This document shows positions 20,610-29,313 of a stretch of 64,000 nucleotides of DNA, one piece after another. The position numbers and the translations under genes were made by a program. The stretch is from an uncultured Chloroflexia bacterium (GTDB taxonomy: Bacteria > Chloroflexota > Limnocylindria > Limnocylindrales > CSP1-4), in contig CAVRFU010000013.1 of the NCBI GenBank assembly GCA_963720495.1, positions 32,273 through 96,272 of the forward strand, written 5' to 3'. Numbering within the stretch: position 1 is the stretch's first letter; each line of letters starts with the position of its first letter. The notes beneath the pieces were generated by a model. It had not been told where the DNA came from, did no database searches, and saw nothing but the letters and a program-made list of their open reading frames with translations.

Positions 20610-22200
20610 TCAGGGCACCTGGTAGACCCAGAGCCGCTCGACGGGATCGACCAGGAGCGGGATGAGCCGAACCCCGTCGATGACCGGGTTCGGCGCCTCC
20701 AGAGCCGCATAGGTCGCTGCGCCCGCCCCCTCTGTCCGCGGGTCGTGAACGATCACGCGTCCGGGCAGGTGAACGAGCGACTCGACCGTCTCGAAGGTCG
20801 GTGCGCCGAGGCCGGCGATCTTCGTCAATCCCACACCCGTATCGACCGCGAGCCGAGGCCGTAGCGGGGAAGGAACGACCAGGATCATGTCATCGGCCTC
20901 GGGCGGAGCGAGCACCTTCGACCGGTCGGACTCGCCGACCCCGCCCGCCACGTTCGCGAGCGCTTGCCGGATGACCGGGACGACCCGGTCCGCACGGACC
21001 GCTTGATCCCGGAGCCCGCGGATCTGCGCCGTGTCGGCCCTGATCTCGCTGCCGAGCGGCACCCACAGCGCGGCTGCGGTCCCGATACCGATGGCGATGG
21101 CCCCCGCCGAGCCCCATCGCATCCACCGCGGTGTCCCCGGGATCCGGCGGTCGCCCAGCTCCCGCAGTCGAGAGAATGCGGGAGCGCGGAGCGCGCCGAA
21201 GCCAAGGCCGGCAGCGACCAGGATGCCGATGTCGACGGGGATGACGTAGCGCGGCGAGACGTAGGTGCCGCGTGCAGCCAGGAAGACCAGGAATCCGGCG
21301 ACGCCGAGGGTCGCGGCCACCAACCCGACGACGATCGCCCAGCGACGGGTCGACGACACGAGCGCCACGCCCACCGCGGCAAGGATCGCAAATCCACCGA
21401 GCCGAAGGACGTGCCGAACGAGGTAGGTGGCGATATTGACCGGCCCCTGTCGAGCGACCGCTGCCGCGGCCACCTCCGAGAAGCGAGCCGACACGCGCAA
21501 CCAGAAGGTCGGATCGCCGGTCAGCAGCCAGTCGTGCAGGAGCATGACCGGCAGGGCCAGGAACGCGGCCGGGAGCCACCATGCCGCGCGGGGAGGCCCG
21601 GTGCCGTGGCCGGTTCGAGCGCGAAGCTCCCAGACGAGCAAGAGCGGCGGTGGCCGCACCGATGAACACGAATGTCTCCACGCGGGCGAGCGCAGCGAGC
21701 CCCAGGGCCAGGGCGGCGAGGGCGTATCGGGGTCGCGCGACCGAGAGCGCAAGCCCCGCAACCACCCATCCGAGCATCGCCCAGGCGATGCTGTAGCCGC
21801 GGGCCACGTCGAGGAGCAACGGGGTGGCACCCATCAATGCGACGGCGGTGAAGGCCGCCGCCCCCACGCCGGCGAGGCGCCGGGCGAGGACGGCCGATAG
21901 CGCGATGGCGGTGGCGTAGGCCGCGATCGAGGCCCACACGATCAGGCGCCAGTCGCCCCAGATCGCGTGCAGGCCCCCGAGCACGACCGTCATGAGGGGC
22001 TTCGGCGTCGACTCCGACCCACGCCTCGAGGTGGCGCCCACTCGCCAGGCGATCGAAGAAGAGGACCGGACGCCGCCCCGTCGAAGTCGACACCACCGGC
22101 GGCGAACGGCCTGATCACGTAGAGGGCGACACCGATGGCCGCCGACGAACGTCGCCGCGAACGTGAGCAGCGTCGCAGAGGACTCGCGCCGGTCGAACAC
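20610..22200 (-). CDS. Multi-pass membrane protein, possibly a GT-C-fold glycosyltransferase; about 3 apparent frameshifts
   Basis: Hydrophobic segments continue across ORFs 21990-22217, 20890-22200 and 20610-21830 (STPKPL, LAALARVETF, HDWLLTGDPTFW, SPRYVIP) with a soluble C-terminal domain. Confidence 0.5.
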
Positions 22201-22261
22201 CGTCCGGAGTGTCGCACACGCCCCGCGGATCGAGCCGCGAGGCGGTCGTTGGCGCCTCCGG

Positions 22262-22693
22262 TCAGGCGGTCGCTTCCTGGGCGACCTTCGCCGGCTGCAG
22301 GATCCGGATGGCGTTGCCGAAGGGGTCGCGGACGCCCATGTCGGTGCCGTAGAAGTGGTCGGTGGGCTCCTGCGTGAAGTCGGTGACGCCCCGTTCCTTG
22401 AGGGTCTCGTAGAGCGCCCGGGCGTCGTCGGTCTGGAAGACGAGCCCGACGAAGGCGCCCTTGGTGACCAGCTCGCGGATCTGCTCCGCGGTCGCCTCGT
22501 CGTGGAGCGGCGAGCCCGGCTGCTCGAGCGAGATCTCGGTGCCCTTCCCGCCCGGGACCCGCACGGTCAGCCAGCGGTAGTCGCCCTGCTTGAAGTCCTG
22601 GCCGACCTCCAGCCCGAGCTTGTTGACGTAGAAGTCGAGGGCCTCGTCCTTGTCGAGGACCATGATCGTCGCGACGGTCAGGTTGTTGATCAT
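22262..22693 (-). CDS. VOC/glyoxalase family protein
   Basis: VLDKDEALDFYVNKLGLEV, RWLTV, YETLKERGV.F.QEP, RDPFGN. Confidence 0.92.
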   Translation of the reverse strand: MINNLTVATIMVLDKDEALDFYVNKLGLEVGQDFKQGDYRWLTVRVPGGKGTEISLEQPGSPLHDEATAEQIRELVTKGAFVGLVFQTDDARALYETLKERGVTDFTQEPTDHFYGTDMGVRDPFGNAIRILQPAKVAQEATA

Positions 22694-22733
22694 CGGTGCG
22701 TTCCTCCGCTGTCGGGTGTCGTGATGACGACCG

Positions 22734-23192
22734 TCATGCTACGGAGCGGTCGACCGCGCTGGCTTCTCCGAAACTGCTCATCCGTACCGCCTCGCCCGCT
22801 GACACACGCGGGCGCGTCGCCCACATCTGGACGCAGTTCGGAGCCACGATCGGCCCGTGACCCTCGCGATAGCCCGAGGGCGTCTCGCCGACGATCTCAC
22901 GGAACATGCGGCTGAACGTCCCGAGGCTCGTGAACCCGACATCGAGGCAGATGTCGGTGATGCTCCGATCGGTCTCGCGCAGCAGGAACATCGAGCGCTC
23001 GACCCGGCGCCGCTGCAGGTAGCGGTGCGGCGTCTCGCCGAACACGGCGCGGAAGCTGCGGCTGAAGTGCGCCTCGGAGATGTGGGCCACCGCGGCCACG
23101 GCGCGGACGTCGAGCGGCTCGGCATAGGCGCGGTCCATGGCGTCGCGGGCGCGCAGGAGACGCCGGTTCAGGTCCTCGGCTTCGCGGCTCAC
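22734..23192 (-). CDS. AraC-family transcriptional regulator (stand-alone HTH pair)
   Basis: HFSRSFRAVFGETPHRYL, SITDICLDVGFTSLGTFSRMFREIVGETPSGYR. Confidence 0.93.
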   Translation of the reverse strand: MSREAEDLNRRLLRARDAMDRAYAEPLDVRAVAAVAHISEAHFSRSFRAVFGETPHRYLQRRRVERSMFLLRETDRSITDICLDVGFTSLGTFSRMFREIVGETPSGYREGHGPIVAPNCVQMWATRPRVSAGEAVRMSSFGEASAVDRSVA

Positions 23193-23225
23193 GCCCCCAC
23201 GCTACGCCAACGGCCGAAGCCGTGC

Positions 23226-24098
23226 TCAGTCAGTCGTCGCCATGCCGACGAGGGCGGCGCTCGTCCTCCACAGGCGGCCCGAGGCGTCCTGGTCGTAAGA
23301 CTTCGCATTGGAGCTCTTCGGCTTGCCCTTCGCGAAATACCTGCCCGTGACGCCATCGACCGCTGAGGAGGACGCCAGATAGATCGATGTTTCCGCGCCC
23401 TGCTCCGGTGATTTCATGAAGGGGCGCACGAACGGAACGATCAGCTTGAAGATGCGAGACGGGTCCTCGGCGCCGAAGCCAGTGCTGACGACACCCGGAT
23501 GGAGCACGTTGGCGGTCACGCCGGTCCCGTGCAGCCGGCGCGACAGCTCGTAGGTGAACATGACGCTCGCCAGCTTCGACTGGTTGTAGGCCGTCTCTCC
23601 GGAGTAGGCGTGTTCGCCCTGGAGGTCATCGAAGTCGATGGTTCCCATCGACTGCGCGCCGGATGAGACGGTCACGACCCTGGCCGGTGCGCTCGCCTCG
23701 AGGCGATCCAGCAGCAGGTCGGTCAAGAGAAAGGCGGCAAGGTGATTCACGGCAAATGTGTGCTCGAGGCCGTCGACGGTCACGTGACGAGTCGCCCAGA
23801 AACCTCCGACGTTGTTGACCAGGACATCAAGGTGCTGGTACGCCTCGAGCACCTCCCGGGCGAGCCGGCGGACCTCGGCCTGCGACGACAGGTCGGCGCC
23901 GAACGCGTCTACACGGGGACTCCCGCTCGCGTGCTCGATGTCTGCGGCAGCCTTCTCGGCGCGCGCCAGATCCCGGCCGGTGATCCCGACACGTGCGCCG
24001 AGCGCGGCGAGTCCGATCGCTGTCGCCTTGCCGATACCGCCGGTGCCGCCCGTGACGACCACGGTCTTGCCCGCCATCGACGACGTCTGGTGATCCAT
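23226..24098 (-). CDS. SDR oxidoreductase (retinol-dehydrogenase-like)
   Basis: VVTGGTGGIG, DVLVNNVG, RVVTVSS, YNQSK (YxxxK), LHPGVVST. Confidence 0.93.
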   Translation of the reverse strand: MDHQTSSMAGKTVVVTGGTGGIGKATAIGLAALGARVGITGRDLARAEKAAADIEHASGSPRVDAFGADLSSQAEVRRLAREVLEAYQHLDVLVNNVGGFWATRHVTVDGLEHTFAVNHLAAFLLTDLLLDRLEASAPARVVTVSSGAQSMGTIDFDDLQGEHAYSGETAYNQSKLASVMFTYELSRRLHGTGVTANVLHPGVVSTGFGAEDPSRIFKLIVPFVRPFMKSPEQGAETSIYLASSSAVDGVTGRYFAKGKPKSSNAKSYDQDASGRLWRTSAALVGMATTD

Positions 24099-24129
24099 GG
24101 TCGACTCCGGAGGCCAGCGCGCGGATCGG

Positions 24130-24206
24130 TGGTCGGGGAGGCGGGATTCGAACCCGCGATCTCGTGCTCCCAAAGCACGTGCGTTGCCAGGCTACGCTAC
24201 TCCCCG
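24130..24206 (-). tRNA. tRNA-Pro(TGG)
   Basis: Reverse complement cggggagtagcgtagcctggcaacgcacgtgctttgggagcacgagatcgcgggttcgaatcccgcctccccgacca: anticodon loop ttTGGga, GGTTCGAATCC, encoded CCA. Confidence 0.97.
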
Positions 24207-24294
24207 AGGCGGTCGACATCGTACTCGACCCGGTCCGAGGATCCGGTCGCGGCATCAAGACGACCCGACCGACCCGACGCGAGGGCGGCCCGCG

Positions 24295-24543
24295 CTAGGC
24301 GCCCTGCTCGACCTTGTAGAGCGTGTGTGCCTCGAGCCCGTGGGCCTCGCGGTGGACCCGGGTCGCGGTCTCGCGGTCGGGAGCCGTGACGAGACAGAAC
24401 ACCTTGCCGGCCTCCTCGTCCACCCAGTAGTGGGTGTACTCGACGCCGTACTTGCCCTGGATCTCGACATCAGCTTCGTGCGCCCCGGCGACGGCTTCGG
24501 CCGTGACCCCCGGGATGTCATGCATATCCATGTACGTGGGCAC
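24295..24543 (-). CDS. DUF4242 / SCO4226-like small putative nickel-binding protein
   Basis: MPTYMDMH, AHEADVEIQ, YWVDEEAGKVFCLVTAPD, VHREAHG; SD aaggagg. Confidence 0.85.
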   Translation of the reverse strand: MPTYMDMHDIPGVTAEAVAGAHEADVEIQGKYGVEYTHYWVDEEAGKVFCLVTAPDRETATRVHREAHGLEAHTLYKVEQGA

Positions 24544-24592
24544 GGAACCCTCCTTGTGGTGACCCGCCGGCGTGGGCGTGAATGCTACGCCT

Positions 24593-24611
24593 CGACCGAC
24601 CTGGTCGGTCG
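24593..24611. promoter_or_regulatory. Perfect 19-bp palindrome, operator-like
   Basis: cgaccgacc-t-ggtcggtcg, 5 nt upstream of a minus-strand TAGCAT -10 (24582-87) for the DUF4242 gene. Confidence 0.45.
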
Positions 24612-24668
24612 CCCGATCGCGTTGCCTGTCGGCGTCACGCCGGCAGCCGATGACCCGTCACAGGACAC

Positions 24669-24710
24669 GACGCCGGGCGATCAAGGCAGGCTGATCGATC
24701 GCCCGGCGTC
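24669..24710. repeat. 14-bp perfect inverted repeat in divergent intergenic region
   Basis: gacgccgggcgatc-N14-gatcgcccggcgtc. Confidence 0.7.
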
Positions 24711-24788
24711 TCCATGCCCGGCGCGGCCGGGTAGACTCCGCGACGACACCCGAGTCGCCGACCAACGACAGAGGAGCCAGAGCCCCGC

Positions 24789-26168
24789 GTGCAAGCCACC
24801 CGGATCCGGCCTGATACGAGGCCAACCGACCTCCGCCGCCTCGCCGCGGCGACGCTGTCGGCGGTGATCCCGGGACTCGGCCAGCTGTTCAATCGCCGGC
24901 CCGCGCTCGCGCTTCTCTTCCTCGTCCCATCCCTGGTCGTGCTGGGCATCGGGCTGCTCGTGGTCCAGCTCCAGTCGCCGGCGCGGTTGGCCGCCTGGGC
25001 CGTGTCCCCGCAGGTCCTCAGCACCCTCCTCGCGCTCAACGTCATCGCCCTCGTCTGGCGGCTCGTCGCCGTCGGCCAGGCCTTCCTCGACACGCGCCGC
25101 ACCGGCCGGACCGGCTGGCTGGGCATCGGCGGCCTGCTCGTCATCGCCCTCGTCGTGGCGATCCCGCACCTGGTCGTCTACCGCTACGGAACGGCCCTCG
25201 GCGACACGTTCGACAAGATCTTCGCCGGCGCGGTCCTGGGCGCCACGGACGCGCGAGCCGCGACGGACGGGCCCGTCCCCGCCGACGGCCAGCGGGTCAA
25301 CGTCCTGCTCGTCGGCATCGACAAGCGCGGCGACCGGGCGTCGAACCTGACCGACACGATGATGGTCGCCTCCCTCGATCCGGTCGGCCACACGGTCTCG
25401 CTCCTGTCCCTTCCGCGGGACCTGATCGACACGCCGCTCGGCAACGGCGACACCTTCGGTCCCAAGCTCAACTCGCTGATGTCCTACGCGGACCGCAACC
25501 CGAAGCAGTTCCCGAAGGGCGGCATGCGCACCCTGGAGGACGCCGCGGGGGCGTTGCTCGACATCCCGATCCACTACTACGCCCGGCTCGACTTCCGCGG
25601 CCTGATCAAGATGGTCGACGCGGTCGGCGGGGTCGACATCGTCGCGCCGCGAGCCTTCCAGGACCCCGGCTACGACGGGTACGGCCTCGGACGCAAGGGC
25701 TTCTCGATCACGGCCGGCAAGCACCACCTCGACGGCGCCGACGCCCTGGCCTACGCCCGATCGCGCAAGGCGCTCGGCGAGAGCGACTTCACCCGGCAGG
25801 CCCGCCAGCAGCAGATCCTCGTCGCCCTGAAGAGCCAGGTGTCCCGTGGCGGCAGCCTGCTCTTCCAGCTGCCCGAGCTGCTCGATGCGGTCGGCAGCAC
25901 GATCCGGACGGACATGCCCGTGGAGCGACTGCCGGAGCTCGCCGCGATCGTCGAGGAGGTCGGTCGCGACGGCGTGACCAGCGTCGTCATCCGGTCGCCG
26001 CTGGTCCACCCGAAGAGCACCCGCTACGGCGATTCACAGGCGCCCGACCTGGCGAAGATCCGGGCCGTCGCGGCGGGTCTGTTCAGCGACCCGGGCACGG
26101 ACCCAGCCCCCTGGCCGTCCCCGAAGCCCACCAAGGCACCGAAGGCGAAGCCGAGCGCCGGATCGTAA
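24789..26168 (+). CDS. LCP (LytR-CpsA-Psr) family cell-wall glycopolymer ligase
   Basis: N-terminal TMs, NVLLVGID, TDTMMVAS, LSLPRD, KLNS, ALAYARSR, DFTRQARQQ. Confidence 0.93.
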   Translation: MQATRIRPDTRPTDLRRLAAATLSAVIPGLGQLFNRRPALALLFLVPSLVVLGIGLLVVQLQSPARLAAWAVSPQVLSTLLALNVIALVWRLVAVGQAFLDTRRTGRTGWLGIGGLLVIALVVAIPHLVVYRYGTALGDTFDKIFAGAVLGATDARAATDGPVPADGQRVNVLLVGIDKRGDRASNLTDTMMVASLDPVGHTVSLLSLPRDLIDTPLGNGDTFGPKLNSLMSYADRNPKQFPKGGMRTLEDAAGALLDIPIHYYARLDFRGLIKMVDAVGGVDIVAPRAFQDPGYDGYGLGRKGFSITAGKHHLDGADALAYARSRKALGESDFTRQARQQQILVALKSQVSRGGSLLFQLPELLDAVGSTIRTDMPVERLPELAAIVEEVGRDGVTSVVIRSPLVHPKSTRYGDSQAPDLAKIRAVAAGLFSDPGTDPAPWPSPKPTKAPKAKPSAGS

Positions 26169-26178
26169 CGACGCCTCT

Positions 26179-26763
26179 TCAACGACCCCAGCGGTCGGTC
26201 GGAGCGCGCCCGGCGAGCGACTCGAAACGGGTCAGGAACGCGGCGAGATCGGCGTCCTCGCTGACGAGCGCCCGATTGGCGGGCGTGAGGAAGCCCTCCA
26301 CGACGGCGTGGTCCAGCCACCGGAGCAGGTGGTCCCAGTAGCCGGCCCGGCCCAGGAGGCCGATCGGCTTGGCGTGGAGCCCGAGCTGGCCCCAGGATGC
26401 GACCTCCGCGAGCTCCTCGAGCGTGCCCAGACCTCCGGGCAGCGCGATGAAGCCGTCGGACAGGGCCGCCATGCCGGCCTTGCGCTCGTGGAGCGTCTCG
26501 ACGATGTGCAGCTCGGTCAGGCCGCCATCGGCCAGCTCGCGATCGACGAGACGGCGCGGGATGACTCCGATGACCTCGCCGCCGGCCGACAGCGCGGCAT
26601 CCGCGACCGCGCCCATCATCCCGACCCGGCCGCCGCCGTAGACGAGCCCGATGCCACGTTCCGCCAGCCCCGTCCCGACCTGCGCCGCAAGATCCACGTA
26701 GCCCGGATCGCGACCGGGGCTCGCGCCGCAGAAGACGCACAGGCGTCGCGCGACGGCCGTCAC
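26179..26763 (-). CDS. LOG-family nucleotide monophosphate phosphoribohydrolase (TIGR00730 type)
   Basis: LCVFCGAS, LVYGGGRVGMMG, HERK, PGGLGTLEE. Confidence 0.92.
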   Translation of the reverse strand: MTAVARRLCVFCGASPGRDPGYVDLAAQVGTGLAERGIGLVYGGGRVGMMGAVADAALSAGGEVIGVIPRRLVDRELADGGLTELHIVETLHERKAGMAALSDGFIALPGGLGTLEELAEVASWGQLGLHAKPIGLLGRAGYWDHLLRWLDHAVVEGFLTPANRALVSEDADLAAFLTRFESLAGRAPTDRWGR

Positions 26764-26764
26764 C

Positions 26765-27397
26765 TCAGAACCCGAGGGCGGCCAGCCGCGGCGTCATCCG
26801 ACGGGCGGCCCGGGCTCGATGCGAGACGGCGTGCTTCTCGGCCGGGGTCCACAGCCCGAACGTCCGACCTCCCGGCGGCTCGGGCGACGGCTCGAAGATC
26901 GGGTCGTAGCCGAACCCGCCCGTCCCGCGCGGCTCCGTGGCGATCCGGCCGCGGCAGGTCCCGCGGGTCATGATCGGCGCCACGCCGCCGCGCGGGCCCG
27001 CGTCCTCGGGGAGTGCCAGCGCAAGCACGCAGACGTAGCGGGCGCCGCGTCGCTCCGGCGGCAGACCGTCGAGGGCGGCCAGCAGCTTGCGATTGTTGTC
27101 CTCGTCGGTCGCGTCCTCGCCGGCGTACCGCCGGGTCCGCACGCCGGGGCCGCCGCCCAGCGCGTCAACCTCGATGCCGGAGTCGTCGGCGAGCGTCGGG
27201 AGGCCGCTCAGCCGCACCCCGAACCGGGCCTTGATCGCGGCGTTGGTCTCGAACGTCTCGCCGTCCTCGACGGGGTCGCCGGGCAATCCGAGGTCGTCGA
27301 GCGACACCAGCTCCGCGACGTCGAGCGCGAGCAGCTCCCGCAGCTCGCGCAGCTTGTGGGCCGAGCGCGTGGCGACCAGGAGTCGCCGGGCGGTCAC
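26765..27397 (-). CDS. rdgB: Non-canonical purine NTP pyrophosphatase (RdgB/HAM1)
   Basis: [62 protein letters not shown]. Confidence 0.93.
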   Translation of the reverse strand: MTARRLLVATRSAHKLRELRELLALDVAELVSLDDLGLPGDPVEDGETFETNAAIKARFGVRLSGLPTLADDSGIEVDALGGGPGVRTRRYAGEDATDEDNNRKLLAALDGLPPERRGARYVCVLALALPEDAGPRGGVAPIMTRGTCRGRIATEPRGTGGFGYDPIFEPSPEPPGGRTFGLWTPAEKHAVSHRARAARRMTPRLAALGF

Positions 27398-28131
27398 CGC
27401 CGGACGGTCGCCAGCACGGCGGCCTGGGCCTCGAACAGGCGCGCCAGCCCGCCATCGGCCAGGTCGAGCAGGCCGTCCGCGGCGGCCCGGTCGAAGGGCT
27501 TGCCCTCGGCGGTGCCCTGCAGCTCGACGTAGGCGCCGCCGTCCGTGCCGACCACGTTGAAGTCGACGTCCGCCCGAGAGTCCTCCGAGTAGTCGAGATC
27601 GAGCAGCGGCAGGCCGCCGACGAGCCCGACCGAGACGGCCGCCACCTTGGCCACCAGATGCCGCTCCATGCCGTAGGTGATGAGCGCCGCCGCCAGGGCG
27701 ACGTAGCCGCCCGTGATCGACGCGGTCCGGGTCCCGCCGTCGGCCTGGAGGACGTCGCAGTCGACGGTGATCGTCCGCTCGCCGAGACGGGTCAGGTCGA
27801 CCGCGTCGCGGAGCGAGCGCCCGATCAGCCGCTGGATCTCGTGGGTCCGGCCGCCGATCTTGCCCCTGACCGATTCGCGGTCCGTTCGCTCGGCGGTCGC
27901 GCGCGGCAGCATCGAATACTCGGCGGTGATCCAGCCGGTGCCCTTGCCGCGCAGGTGCGGCGGGACGCGGTCGACGATCGTCGCAGCGCACAGGACCTCG
28001 GTGTCGCCGACCCGGATCCGGCACGAGCCCTCGGCCCATTTCTGGACGCCCAGGGTGAACGAGACGGGTCGCAGGTCGTTGGGGCCGCGGCCGTCTGCGC
28101 GGACGGTGGCTGGTCGGTTGCCGATGGTCAC
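27394..28131 (-). CDS. rph: Ribonuclease PH
   Basis: RADGR...[62 protein letters not shown]-type motif, QGTAEG. Confidence 0.96.
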   Translation of the reverse strand: MTIGNRPATVRADGRGPNDLRPVSFTLGVQKWAEGSCRIRVGDTEVLCAATIVDRVPPHLRGKGTGWITAEYSMLPRATAERTDRESVRGKIGGRTHEIQRLIGRSLRDAVDLTRLGERTITVDCDVLQADGGTRTASITGGYVALAAALITYGMERHLVAKVAAVSVGLVGGLPLLDLDYSEDSRADVDFNVVGTDGGAYVELQGTAEGKPFDRAAADGLLDLADGGLARLFEAQAAVLATVRR

Positions 28132-29300
28132 AGGGCTCTCTCCTCGATCTTGGCAGCATCCCACAGTGCGTCGAGTGCCTCGAAGTCGAGATCGCGCAGC
28201 GCGACACCACGCGCGGCGGCCCCCCGCTCGACGCTGGCGAAGCGCCGCCGGAACTTGGCGTTGGCGGCGCGCACGGCAGCCTCCGCCTCGATCCCGCGGC
28301 GGCGAGCGACGTTGACCAGCACGAACAGCAGGTCCCCGAACTCCTCGGCCCGCTCGGCGTCGTTCGTCGCGCGGCGCAGCTCGTCGGCCTCCTCGACGAC
28401 CTTGTCGAGCACGCCGTCGATGGTCGGCCAGTCGTAGCCGAGGTTGGCTGCCCGGTCCTGCATCTCCTGGCTCGCCGCGAGGGCCGGCATCGAGGGGCTG
28501 ATCCCGTCGAGGGCACTCTTCGGGGCCGCAGGCCCGCCGGAGCCCGCGTCGTCGTCGGCGGCATCAGCCGCAGCGGCGGCCCGCTCGTCGGCCTTGATCC
28601 GCTCCCACTGCCGGTTGACGTCCGAGGCGGTCCGGGCGACCGCGTCGCCGAATACGTGCGGGTGGCGCCGGACGATCTTGGAGGCGATCGCGGCCTGGAC
28701 GTCGGCGAGGTCGAAGACGCCGGCCTCGGCCGCCAGCTGGGCGTGAAGGACGACCTGCAACCAGAGATCGCCGAGCTCGCCCGCCAGCTCCCGGGTCGCA
28801 CCGGCCTCGAGCGCGTCGTACACCTCGTAGGCCTCCTCGAGGAGGTGCTTGCGCAAGGACGTGTGGGTCTGCTCGCGGTCCCACGGACAGCCGTCCGGCT
28901 GGCGCAGCCGGGCCGAGATCCAGGGCAGGGCCCACGGGCCGGCGGCGGCCAGCTCGGGCGCCACGGGCGCGAGATAGAGCGCACCCGCCAGGGTGGCCGC
29001 GTCCAGCGACCCGACGGTCAGGCCGTCATCGCCGCCGAACCGCCCGACCGGATGGTCGGCCGGGTAGAGCCGCCGGAGGACGGCGACGGGATCGTCACCG
29101 CCCGACCCGGCACGGCCCGGCAGCGGCGCGGCACCGTCGCCGTCGCTCGAGGCGCGCAGGGTCGCAAGCGGCACGATCAGGAGCGGCCGGGACGCCTCGA
29201 TCGGGATGCCGACCAGCGTCTCGGCCGCGACGACCTGGAGGCCCGTCGCCGGATCGAGTCCCCAGCGGAGTCGCGCCTCCGCGACGAGGGCGTCGAGCAC
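28128..29300 (-). CDS. mazG: MazG nucleoside triphosphate pyrophosphohydrolase with divergent N-terminal extension (YabN-like)
   Basis: [45 protein letters not shown], second domain EEFGDLLF...NAKFRRRF. Confidence 0.92.
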   Translation of the reverse strand: MLDALVAEARLRWGLDPATGLQVVAAETLVGIPIEASRPLLIVPLATLRASSDGDGAAPLPGRAGSGGDDPVAVLRRLYPADHPVGRFGGDDGLTVGSLDAATLAGALYLAPVAPELAAAGPWALPWISARLRQPDGCPWDREQTHTSLRKHLLEEAYEVYDALEAGATRELAGELGDLWLQVVLHAQLAAEAGVFDLADVQAAIASKIVRRHPHVFGDAVARTASDVNRQWERIKADERAAAAADAADDDAGSGGPAAPKSALDGISPSMPALAASQEMQDRAANLGYDWPTIDGVLDKVVEEADELRRATNDAERAEEFGDLLFVLVNVARRRGIEAEAAVRAANAKFRRRFASVERGAAARGVALRDLDFEALDALWDAAKIEERAL

Positions 29301-29313
29301 CCGCCCCCTCCGC

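Noticed and set aside
26765-28984. 739-aa ORF ending in RdgB
   Set aside because: Open frame overlapping mazG and rph. RdgB starts at GTG 27397, overlapping the rph stop.
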